From assembly GCA_964354025.1 (NCBI GenBank), contig CAYGXQ010000004.1:10239-74238 (forward strand): a stretch of DNA of 64,000 nucleotides. The letters run 5' to 3'. How positions within the stretch are numbered: the stretch's first letter is position 1; every line of letters starts with the position of its first letter. The notes beneath the pieces were generated by a model that ran no database searches, was not told the DNA's origin, and saw only the letters and a program-made list of their open reading frames with translations. Position numbers and translations under genes: made by a program. This DNA comes from an uncultured Gammaproteobacteria bacterium (GTDB lineage: Bacteria > Patescibacteriota > Microgenomatia > 2-02-FULL-39-11). Of the stretch, positions 8,849-17,362 are shown piece after piece.

Positions 8849-9898
8849 TCAATCCAGTGAATATTTTACTACTCCAGGAATTTCAGGTAAGAGGTTGAGA
8901 TCGGAATCCAAATGATTATCCGTCAGAGCCAAGGCGCAAACTCCTAAAGAAGGTAAATGCTCCAGTACAGTTATAATGTCTTTGTATAAGATCGAAAATC
9001 CAAAAATAGTCTTCATGCCCCGTGTTGTATTTATAACAGCCTCATCTTGAAAAATTAAGCGATTAGTTGTATCTCGGATACGTTCTCCTTCAATAAGCGC
9101 GTAATTGTCAGGATTAATAATCTTTTGAGCAAATAATTCTTCCATTGTCATATCGGCTAATTTAGCGTATTCAGGACTCAGGCTTAATCTTGCTACCCGG
9201 GGATTTTCCTTACCGCCGGGTTTGATATATTTATCTAAAATCATAAAGATTTTTGCAGCCAAAATGGAAGCGGCCGGAGCTACTGCTTCTAGCTTACCAA
9301 AAGGCAATTTATGGGGAAAAGGTTTAGGTTTATTTTTATCGAAATCTACTTGGACATCATTTTCGTCAGAATCAACGATAAGAACCGGTTTTCGTCTTGT
9401 ATCCGTAGGAGAGTATAAGTCCCGGATCTGTTTGATCAGTCCCTGGGCTTGTTGGCTGTTTGGACCAGCAGTTTTTGAGATTGCCAAAAGAGCGCTAAAG
9501 CCTTTGACAATAATGACAGGATTCAATAATGTTTTACCACTTATGGGTTCTGCAGAAAAAACTTCCAGTTCACCCGGGGAAACTTGAGGAAAATCAGCTT
9601 GAAGTTGTTTTGTCAATTTGGCACATGTGGCAACTGTCTGTTTCTCATCTCTGAAATCCACGAAATCAACCTGTGCTTTATTTTCGATTAATTTTTCTCC
9701 AAGCTTATCGAGAATAGTCGTTCCCTCACCGGTAAAACCGGATGGGATGATTCGTCCGTGAGGATGCTGGTAACAGGCACAGGTAGTCAATTTTCCTATG
9801 AGCCAATCAACGTATCTTGTCTTTACATGTTCGCCAACAGCGGAAAATTGTTGTTGTTCGAAAGATTGTAGGGTATTATCTGGAGTATTGGTAGCCAT
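8849..9898 (-). CDS. hypothetical protein (349 aa), cargo of islet 1
   Basis: Long uninterrupted ORF. No motif I can assign with confidence. Confidence 0.4.
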   Translation of the reverse strand: MATNTPDNTLQSFEQQQFSAVGEHVKTRYVDWLIGKLTTCACYQHPHGRIIPSGFTGEGTTILDKLGEKLIENKAQVDFVDFRDEKQTVATCAKLTKQLQADFPQVSPGELEVFSAEPISGKTLLNPVIIVKGFSALLAISKTAGPNSQQAQGLIKQIRDLYSPTDTRRKPVLIVDSDENDVQVDFDKNKPKPFPHKLPFGKLEAVAPAASILAAKIFMILDKYIKPGGKENPRVARLSLSPEYAKLADMTMEELFAQKIINPDNYALIEGERIRDTTNRLIFQDEAVINTTRGMKTIFGFSILYKDIITVLEHLPSLGVCALALTDNHLDSDLNLLPEIPGVVKYSLD

Positions 9899-9899
9899 A

Positions 9900-10928
9900 T
9901 CAGATTAATTTTTCTTGTTTAGCCTCGGAAGAATGTCTGATTTTGAGGTGCTGGTAGGCTTTTTCGGTGGCCTGGCGGCCGCGGGGAGTCCTTTTTAAGA
10001 AACCGATTTGCATAAGATAAGGTTCGAGAACTTCTTCAATCGTGCCGATATCCTCAGAGAGGGTGGCCGCCATAGTTTCCACTCCGACCGGGCCGCCGCC
10101 ATGCTTTTCGATCAAAGCTTTAAGAAACCTCCGGTCACTGTCATCAAGCCCCAGCTGGTCAATTTCCAGAAGGGAAAAAGCCTCGGCTAAAACTTCCTCG
10201 TCAATATTTTCTTTACTTTTTACCTGGGCAAAGTCACGGGCCCGTTTGAGAAGTTTCAGGCCGATTCTTGGCGTGCCGCGGGCACGAATGGAAAGGGATT
10301 TAAGGGAATCGGGGGAAATATGGATCTTCAGTTTCTTTGAGGCATTACGGATAATTTCTTCCAGTTCTTTCGGTTCATAAAATTGCAGTCTTTGGACAAT
10401 GCCGAAGCGGTCGCGAAGGGGAGCGGACATGAGGCCGATCCGGGTGGTGGCGCCGATGATGGTGAATTTCGGCAAGTCAAGCCGGAGCGTCCTGGCTGAG
10501 GGGCCTTTGCCGATGACGATATCCAAGGCAAAATCCTCCATAGCCGGATACAAAGTTTCCTCAACCACTTTATTGAGCCGGTGGATTTCATCGATAAACA
10601 AAACATCGCCCGGTTCAAGGTTAGTCAAAATCGAAGCCAGGTCACCCGATCTTTCGATGGCCGGACCGCTGGTAACGCGGATATTGACACCCATTTCTTT
10701 GGCGATCAGGTGGGCCAAAGTGGTTTTGCCAAGTCCCGGCGGGCCGTATAAAAGCGTGTGTTCAAGCGATTCTTTCCTTTTTTTGGCGGCGGTGATGGCT
10801 ACATGGAAGGATTGTTTGACGCGGGACTGGCCGAAGAACTCCGACCAGGCAGAAGCGCGAAGGGAGGTAAAGAGTTTTTCCTCTTCCACGTCCGGTACTT
10901 GTTTATTGGTGGATGGTTTAGTAGTCAT
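9900..10928 (-). CDS. ruvB: Holliday junction branch-migration ATPase RuvB
   Basis: [22 protein letters not shown] (Walker A), DEIHRL (Walker B) and a winged-helix C-terminal domain. Confidence 0.9.
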   Translation of the reverse strand: MTTKPSTNKQVPDVEEEKLFTSLRASAWSEFFGQSRVKQSFHVAITAAKKRKESLEHTLLYGPPGLGKTTLAHLIAKEMGVNIRVTSGPAIERSGDLASILTNLEPGDVLFIDEIHRLNKVVEETLYPAMEDFALDIVIGKGPSARTLRLDLPKFTIIGATTRIGLMSAPLRDRFGIVQRLQFYEPKELEEIIRNASKKLKIHISPDSLKSLSIRARGTPRIGLKLLKRARDFAQVKSKENIDEEVLAEAFSLLEIDQLGLDDSDRRFLKALIEKHGGGPVGVETMAATLSEDIGTIEEVLEPYLMQIGFLKRTPRGRQATEKAYQHLKIRHSSEAKQEKLI

Positions 10929-10972
10929 AAACGATTAGACTAATTTGGCAAATTTGACTAATTTGGGAAAGA

Positions 10973-11548
10973 CTATTTCTTCCCCAGCCACTTCAGCGAC
11001 TGTCTTATTTTATCAGATACCGAGCCCTCGAAATCTTTCAGGGATTTGAGCGCTTCCCGGCTTTCGGCAGGAGTAAAGCCGAAGGATTTCAAAGCATCGA
11101 TAATCTCTTTGGTTTCACCGCTGTCGGCACTTAAATCAAGAAGGCCGAGATTGCCCAACTTGCTTCGCAGTTCAATAATGATTTTCTGGCTGTTTTTGGT
11201 CCCTAAACGGGGAACACCGGTGAAAAAGGAAACGTCGCCTTTGATGATGGCTTCTTTGATTTTGGGCAGTTTACCGTTACTAAAAATCGAAAGGGCGGTT
11301 TTCGGGCCAATGCCGGAAACCGATAATAGAAGTTCAAACATGGCCAGTTCGTCAGGAGTCTCGAAACCGTAGAGATCAAGAGCATCTTCCTTGACATGGG
11401 TATGGATGAAAAGAGAAATAGGCGAATTAAGGGAAATACGGGAGAGAATATCGGTTGGGACCGAAACTTTGTAGCCGACGCCATTAATAAGAATTGTTAG
11501 ATAGTTAAGCCCTTTAAACTTTATTGTGCCTTCGAGATAAGAGATCAT
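10973..11548 (-). CDS. ruvA: Holliday junction DNA helicase RuvA
   Basis: MISYLEGTI…YGF…ELFELLLSVSGIGPKTALSI shows the RuvA OB fold plus HhH motifs. It lies upstream of ruvB. Confidence 0.85.
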   Translation of the reverse strand: MISYLEGTIKFKGLNYLTILINGVGYKVSVPTDILSRISLNSPISLFIHTHVKEDALDLYGFETPDELAMFELLLSVSGIGPKTALSIFSNGKLPKIKEAIIKGDVSFFTGVPRLGTKNSQKIIIELRSKLGNLGLLDLSADSGETKEIIDALKSFGFTPAESREALKSLKDFEGSVSDKIRQSLKWLGKK

Positions 11549-11555
11549 GTTTAGT

Positions 11556-11626
11556 AGCGTCTAGCGTCTAGAAATTAGCGTCTAGTTAAAATATAACTAA
11601 ACGCTAGACGCTAGTAACTAGACGCT
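11556..11626. repeat. TAGCGTCTAG-unit palindromic element (ruvA-ruvC spacer)
   Basis: TAGCGTCTAGCGTCTAGAAATTAGCGTCTAG-TTAAAATATAA-CTAAACGCTAGACGCTAGTAACTAGACGCT: three direct units on the left and their reverse complements on the right. Confidence 0.65.
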
Positions 11627-12108
11627 TTCATTTTATTTACTTTATACGAAAAACAGTGGGTTAACGCAATAGCCGCTGCATCTGAAACATCGTCGGGAGT
11701 AAGGATTTGCGGAAGTTTGAAAATAGTCTTCACCATCTGCTGGATCTGGTTTTTGTCCGCCCGGCCGTAACCGGTAAGAGCCATTTTTACCTGGAGAGGA
11801 GTGTATTCGAATATGGGAACCTTATTTTGGCAAAGGGCCAGTTGGACGACTCCCCGGGCTTGGCCGACGATCAGGGCGGTTTTGGTATTGGTGCCCCAAA
11901 AGAGACTTTCCAAAGCGCAGACTTCGGGGTGATATTTTCGGATAAGGGAAGTAAGCGACTTATGTAGTTTAAGTAACCTAAGGGAGGAAGATGAGGAAGA
12001 GGAAGTGAGAATAGTATCACTGTGTTTGAGGATGACTTTGCCTTTTTCTTCCAAAACAAGGGCAATTCCGGTGATGGCGATGCCGGGATCAATGCCGAGG
12101 ACTAGCAT
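11611..12108 (-). CDS. ruvC: crossover junction endodeoxyribonuclease RuvC
   Basis: MLVLGIDPGIAITGIALV… is the RuvC RNase-H-like N-terminus. It carries an in-frame poly-Ser (SSSSSSS) insertion. Confidence 0.85.
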   Translation of the reverse strand: MLVLGIDPGIAITGIALVLEEKGKVILKHSDTILTSSSSSSSLRLLKLHKSLTSLIRKYHPEVCALESLFWGTNTKTALIVGQARGVVQLALCQNKVPIFEYTPLQVKMALTGYGRADKNQIQQMVKTIFKLPQILTPDDVSDAAAIALTHCFSYKVNKMKASSY

Positions 12109-12183
12109 ACAAGGGGATTATAGCATGGATAAGAGGAACGGGATTTGATTTTCCAGGGTAGATAGGATATATAATGGCATTTT

Positions 12184-13257
12184 ATGGTAAAAACAGAGCT
12201 AGATAGTAATAAACAAGCGGGCAGTAGACCATCGAGTCGTTATCTAATGGATAGAAGAACATTTATAATATTAGGATTTAGTGCTATCACGGGCGCAGAT
12301 TTAGCTGTTTTGTGTTCAGCTGGACAAGTAGAACCGGCAAAAAAGGAAGAGAGACGTCTTTATCCTCAGGGAGGATGGTTGGAGACAGAACTTAAAGACA
12401 GACCAGCCTTTTTTACCGAAGAAGGGCATTTGGGATACCTACGGTATTTTGCCACCAGACACCCGGTAGTCAGAGAGACCGTAAAACAATTCTTTGACTT
12501 GCTTTTTACCAGGGATTTAGGTAAACCGATGACTCTAGGAGAGGTTTTTCAGGTGAATTTAGATTTTGCCAAAAAGTCCATAAAAAAATATAAAAATGAC
12601 GACCATCCTTCATGGGGAAATTTAGTGCATGTAGCTGCCTTCAGTATGGCTGTAGCCTTAAGCAGTGAGTTGACTGCTGATGATTTGAATGAAATTGGAG
12701 TACGGAAAGAACTGTATAACAATCCCGAAGCAATTTGGTTAGAAGGTAATATTTCCCAAAATTTTCCTCAAGTTTATCCGGAAAAACCGGAAATGTGCGA
12801 TTCTCCCCGGGATGTGGTTGCCCGATGCATCGGGATAGACAGAAGTATGCATTTTGCCAACCATTTTTTTATTGTCCATCAGTTTCTCTATACCAGAAGA
12901 CATAAACTGCAGGATTACGAAAGAATATTAAACGGGATTAAGTATGGTTATTTGCCTGCTGATTTATTACGACTGCCGACTGTAAGTGCGACTATATTTG
13001 ACCGTATAGCCCAGGTAGGATGGGAATTAGTGGAAACTTATAAATATTTTTTCAGGCCGGGAGAGTGTGCCAAAGATGAAGATGGGAATATTATCAAGAC
13101 CGGATTTAATGATCCATACGTTACAAACGATGTATTGGCAAATGAGTTGGGATTATATGTGGCTCTAAAGTTAGCTAAGGATAACCTGAGCAAGGATGAT
13201 ATAGAGGCGGTTGTCAGGGAATTAGATAATCCGGAATTATCTAAAACGCGGGATTAA
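12184..13257 (+). CDS. hypothetical protein with N-terminal TM/signal anchor
   Basis: 357 aa with a hydrophobic segment FIILGFSAITGADLAVLCSAG. No recognisable catalytic motif. Confidence 0.35.
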   Translation: MVKTELDSNKQAGSRPSSRYLMDRRTFIILGFSAITGADLAVLCSAGQVEPAKKEERRLYPQGGWLETELKDRPAFFTEEGHLGYLRYFATRHPVVRETVKQFFDLLFTRDLGKPMTLGEVFQVNLDFAKKSIKKYKNDDHPSWGNLVHVAAFSMAVALSSELTADDLNEIGVRKELYNNPEAIWLEGNISQNFPQVYPEKPEMCDSPRDVVARCIGIDRSMHFANHFFIVHQFLYTRRHKLQDYERILNGIKYGYLPADLLRLPTVSATIFDRIAQVGWELVETYKYFFRPGECAKDEDGNIIKTGFNDPYVTNDVLANELGLYVALKLAKDNLSKDDIEAVVRELDNPELSKTRD

Positions 13258-13355
13258 CGATTACTCATTTTGATATCTTGCCAAGGAGAAAATGTTTGTG
13301 GTATAAATTGAGTTTAACAGGAAGATCCTTCGATCCGCCAGCTGGCGGACTCAGG

Positions 13356-16145
13356 ATGACGATGACTGATATGGTCAAATTTGTCTATTTCTTCGGCGGG
13401 GGCAAGGCAGACGGCGATGAAAGTATGAAAAATCTGCTCGGCGGCAAAGGGGCCAATCTCGCTGAAATGGCCGGACATAAAGATCTCCAATTGCCTGTTC
13501 CTCCCGGTTTTACCATCACCACCGAAGTCTGCACTCAATACTTCGAAAACAAAAAAACCTTCCCTAAAAGTCTCCGCGATGAAGTCCACCAAGCTCTATC
13601 CAAAGTAGAGAAACTGATGGGTAAGAAATTCGGCGATCCTAAAAATCCCTTACTCGTTTCCGTCCGCTCCGGAGCCCGCCGGTCAATGCCGGGGATGATG
13701 GAGACGGTTCTTAACGTCGGCCTGACCGAAAAAACCATCCCCGGGATGATTGAAAGAACCAACGGCAACGAGCGGTTTGTTTACGACGCATACCGCAGAC
13801 TGATAATGATGTATTCGGACGTGGTGATGGAAAAAGCGGCCGGGATTGACCCTTCGACTACGCTCAGGGTCAATGGTGAGCGAAGTCGAACCATTGAACC
13901 AGCCAATGATGAGGCGGGCATCCGCAAACGTCTGGAAAAAATTATGACTGGCATGAAAAAAGAAAAGGGAGTCAAAAATGACACAGATTTGGATGAAAAA
14001 GATTTAAAGAAATTGTGCCTTCTGTTTAAACAGGAAGTGAAGAAGGTTTTGAAAAAGGATTTTCCCGATGACCCGTACGAGCAGTTATGGGGCGGGATTG
14101 CGGCGGTTTTTTCCTCATGGAACGGCAGAAGAGCCGTCTCATACCGAAGAATTGAAAATATTCCGCAAAGTTGGGGGACAGCGGTCAACGTCCAATCAAT
14201 GGTTTTCGGCAACATGGGGCAAGATAGTGCTACCGGTGTCGGCTTTACCAGAAATCCGGGTAACGGTAACAACCATTTTTACGGCGAGTACCTGACCAAT
14301 GCCCAGGGCGAGGATGTGGTGGCCGGGATCAGGACACCCTCTCCGGTCAACGAGTGGTCAAAAAGCGAACACAATCGGAATTTAATCAGCATGGAGAAAG
14401 GGATGCCGGCTTTGTACAAAGAACTTTTTAATATCCAAAAAAGACTGGAAAAACATTATCGTGACATGCAGGATATCGAGTTTACGGTGGAAAAGGGCCG
14501 TTTATTTATGCTCCAGTGCCGTATTGGCAAACGTAACGGTCCGGCGGCCGTCAAGATGGCGGTGGATATGGTGAAAGAGAAGTTGATTACTCCAAAAGAA
14601 GCAGTGATGAGAGTGACTCCCGGTCAACTGGACGAACTGCTTCATCCCATCATCGATCCCAAAGAGGAAATGGCGATTATACCGATTGCCAAAGGTTTGC
14701 CGGCCGGGCCGGGAGGGGCAGGAGGCGAGATTGTTTTCAGTGCGGCAGCAGCAGTTAAATGGGCTAAAGAAGGCAAACAAGTGATTTTGGTCCGTGAAGA
14801 AACCAATCCTGAAGATGTGGAGGGGATGAGAGCAGCCCAGGCCATATTGACAGCCCGCGGAGGTATGACTTCGCACGCGGCTCTGGTGGCCCGCGGCTGG
14901 GGAAAATGCTGTGTCGTCGGTTGCGGGGCGCTTCATATTGATTATTTGGACAAAAAAATGGTCGTTGGCGATAAGACTTACCATGAGGGCGACTGGTTGA
15001 CTTTAAACGGTAGCAAAGGGGCGATTTATGAGGGGAAATTAGCGATGGTTGAAGTATCGCAGGAGAATAAAAACCTAAATGAATTTTTGAAACTCTGTGA
15101 CCGGTTTCGCAAACTGAAAATCCGCACCAATGCTGATACTCCGGATGATTCAAAAAGGGCGCGGGCTTTTGGGGCTGAAGGGATCGGTCTTTTCCGGATC
15201 GAACACATGTTTTACGGCAAAGGCAGCGATAAAGCCCTTTTTCTCCTTCGCAAAATGATTGTTTCCAAAAGCGAAGAGGAAAGACAAAAAGCCTTAAACG
15301 AGCTTTTCCCTTATATGAAAGCGGATATCAAAGGTACGCTTTCAGTCATGCGGGGTCTGCCGGTGACCATCAGGCTGATGGATCCGCCCCTGCATGAATT
15401 TGTCCCCAGGGAAAGAAAACAGCAGGAAGAGCTTTGTAAAGATTTGAAGATCAGTTTGTCCGATTTCCAAAAAAGGGCTAACGCCCTTCATGAAAGCAAT
15501 CCGATGATGGGACATCGGGGAGTAAGACTGGGGATCACCTATCCGGAAATCACCCGGATGCAGGTGAGGGCGATTTTTGAGGCAACCGCCCAACTTCTCA
15601 AAGAGAAAATCAAAGTCCTGCCAGAAATAATGATCCCGGTTTTGGGCGAGGTAAAGGAATATTCCCATCAGAATGAAATTATTAAAGAAGTTTACCGGGA
15701 AGTTTTGCAAAAATATTCCCTGAAAAAAATTCCCCATCTGGTAGGGACCATGATTGAGATTCCCAGAGCGTGCATCACTGCCGGAAAAATTGCCGGAGAA
15801 GCCGAATTTTTCTCCTTTGGCACTAATGATCTGACCCAGATGGGTTTTGGTTTTTCCAGAGATGACATCGGCAGCTTTTTACCTGAATATTTAAGCAAGG
15901 GAATTCTGCCGGAGGATCCTTTTGCCACGATAGATGAAGAGGGGATTGGAGAGCTGATCAGTATGGCCATTATTCGCGGACGAAAGGTGAGAAAAGACCT
16001 GAAGATCGGCATCTGCGGCGAACACGGAGGGGATCCCCAGTCAATACATTTTTGCCATAAAAACGGGATGAATTATGTATCCTGTTCGCCCTTCCGCGTG
16101 CCGATTGCCAGATTAGCCGCCGCCCAGGCGGTTTTGGGAAAATAA
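13356..16145 (+). CDS. ppdK: pyruvate, phosphate dikinase
   Basis: The full PPDK architecture is present: N-terminal ATP-grasp (GGKGANLAEM), central phospho-His (GGMTSHAALVARGWG) and a C-terminal PEP-utilising TIM barrel. The start is taken at MTMTDMVKF; the upstream part of the ORF overlaps a palindromic repeat. Confidence 0.9.
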   Translation: MTMTDMVKFVYFFGGGKADGDESMKNLLGGKGANLAEMAGHKDLQLPVPPGFTITTEVCTQYFENKKTFPKSLRDEVHQALSKVEKLMGKKFGDPKNPLLVSVRSGARRSMPGMMETVLNVGLTEKTIPGMIERTNGNERFVYDAYRRLIMMYSDVVMEKAAGIDPSTTLRVNGERSRTIEPANDEAGIRKRLEKIMTGMKKEKGVKNDTDLDEKDLKKLCLLFKQEVKKVLKKDFPDDPYEQLWGGIAAVFSSWNGRRAVSYRRIENIPQSWGTAVNVQSMVFGNMGQDSATGVGFTRNPGNGNNHFYGEYLTNAQGEDVVAGIRTPSPVNEWSKSEHNRNLISMEKGMPALYKELFNIQKRLEKHYRDMQDIEFTVEKGRLFMLQCRIGKRNGPAAVKMAVDMVKEKLITPKEAVMRVTPGQLDELLHPIIDPKEEMAIIPIAKGLPAGPGGAGGEIVFSAAAAVKWAKEGKQVILVREETNPEDVEGMRAAQAILTARGGMTSHAALVARGWGKCCVVGCGALHIDYLDKKMVVGDKTYHEGDWLTLNGSKGAIYEGKLAMVEVSQENKNLNEFLKLCDRFRKLKIRTNADTPDDSKRARAFGAEGIGLFRIEHMFYGKGSDKALFLLRKMIVSKSEEERQKALNELFPYMKADIKGTLSVMRGLPVTIRLMDPPLHEFVPRERKQQEELCKDLKISLSDFQKRANALHESNPMMGHRGVRLGITYPEITRMQVRAIFEATAQLLKEKIKVLPEIMIPVLGEVKEYSHQNEIIKEVYREVLQKYSLKKIPHLVGTMIEIPRACITAGKIAGEAEFFSFGTNDLTQMGFGFSRDDIGSFLPEYLSKGILPEDPFATIDEEGIGELISMAIIRGRKVRKDLKIGICGEHGGDPQSIHFCHKNGMNYVSCSPFRVPIARLAAAQAVLGK

Positions 16146-16657
16146 AGGATTAGTCCTCCATATTAATGTAAACTTATCACCGGTACTTTTACGGAAATAT
16201 TCTTTATGTTATTCTTGTCTATGATGAGGATATTTCTCAATTATGAACAGTCAAGAAGTCTGGCAGGTTTTTTTATGGATATAGCCAAAGGATTGGTTTT
16301 GGGAGGAATTGGTTTTTCAATTTCAGCTCCATTTGAGATAAAAATAGTATTTATGTTTGGAAGTATCATTATTTCGTACTGGTGTATAAAACTTGCGCTG
16401 ATATTATTGGCGAATAACTTATGAATATCTCACAGAATGATATTGTTACTACCGGATATTTATTTCTGGTCGTGGCCGGAATAATTAGTTTGATCGGCGC
16501 GATAGTCGTTTATTACAACAACCCGCCTAAAAAAAGAAGGGGTAAATATGAATATAAATAATATTTTACTGTTGATTGCGGTGATTCTGATGATTGCCAC
16601 AGGATATATCATCCATGTTTTGATTCCCAGGAAAGAATCCAGAAGATAAAAAAGGCT

Positions 16658-16933
16658 TTATTTTACGGACATTTCCTGTTTGACCCGCTCCGCCAAAAAA
16701 ATCTTCATCAGAGACTGGTAGGGGACATCACGGAAATTGGCGAGTTCTTTAATCCTGGCAATCAGCCATTCCGGCAGGCGGATGGAAATTGAACGGGTAG
16801 ACGGTTTGAGATTGGGAAACACCGCCTCTTCGGCCTTACTCCAATCAATATAGTCAGTAGAATCATGGGTGCCCCAAAATTCTCTTTCTTCATCTTCATT
16901 TTTGAATGTTGGTATTGGTTTAAACTTTTTCAT
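16658..16933 (-). CDS. brnA: BrnA antitoxin (second paralog)
   Basis: …ISIRLPEWLIARIKELANFRDVPYQSLMKIFLAERV. About 55% identical to the brnA at 8236-8520. Confidence 0.65.
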   Translation of the reverse strand: MKKFKPIPTFKNEDEEREFWGTHDSTDYIDWSKAEEAVFPNLKPSTRSISIRLPEWLIARIKELANFRDVPYQSLMKIFLAERVKQEMSVK

Positions 16934-17213
16934 AGACTCTCCTTTCTTTTCTGCTCATATCTCTTGCAGAGATAATTCTGACGCTATCGTTTCTTACAGT
17001 AAAAGATATAAATATAAATCTGTCAGTATCAGTCTTGCCTAACGCCTGATATCTGCGCTCTGTCTTTGAATGTTCTCTATCTTCAGAAACTAATAACGGT
17101 TTATTTTCAAAAACATTCTCCGCCTCCTTATTTGTCACTCCATGCTTTTTTAGGTTTTTATCGATATTACCTTTATTCCATTCAAAAGATAACGGCGCAG
17201 GTAATATCTTCAT
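16920..17213 (-). CDS. brnT: BrnT toxin (second paralog)
   Basis: …VRIISARDMSRKERRVYEKV. Paralog of the brnT at 7950-8267. Confidence 0.65.
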   Translation of the reverse strand: MKILPAPLSFEWNKGNIDKNLKKHGVTNKEAENVFENKPLLVSEDREHSKTERRYQALGKTDTDRFIFISFTVRNDSVRIISARDMSRKERRVYEKV

Positions 17214-17362
17214 AAATAAAGTATATATGTGGCATATACATTTGTCAAGGATGGCATAAAAGAATCTATAGCTTTTGTTGGGATTTCTCGTTTGCGCGCA
17301 CTTCAGCCAAAGGCTGATCGTCCTTTGGACGAAAAGTGCGCTAGGCCAAAAATCAAGAGGGA

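Larger units (their letters stand above)
7850..9971 (-). mobile_element. putative integrated cargo islet 1 at the ruvB 3' end, bounded by a 42-bp imperfect direct repeat
   Basis: The ruvB 3' coding end (9930-9971; AGAATGTCTGATTTTGAGGTGCTGGTAGGCTTTTTCGGTGGC) is duplicated at 7850-7891 with 39/42 identity. The duplicated reading frame also ends in a stop (…AYQHLKIPHS…KLV*). Between the copies lie brnTA, the 349-aa gene and the 77-aa gene. Confidence 0.45.

Noticed and set aside
10399-10938. 179-aa and other ORFs antisense to ruvB, ppdK (13781-14272, 14502-15153), pckG (17468-18157, 18437-18895), the rSAM gene and gdhA
   Set aside because: They lie fully inside well-supported genes on the opposite strand, with no motifs of their own. 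They are typical shadow ORFs.
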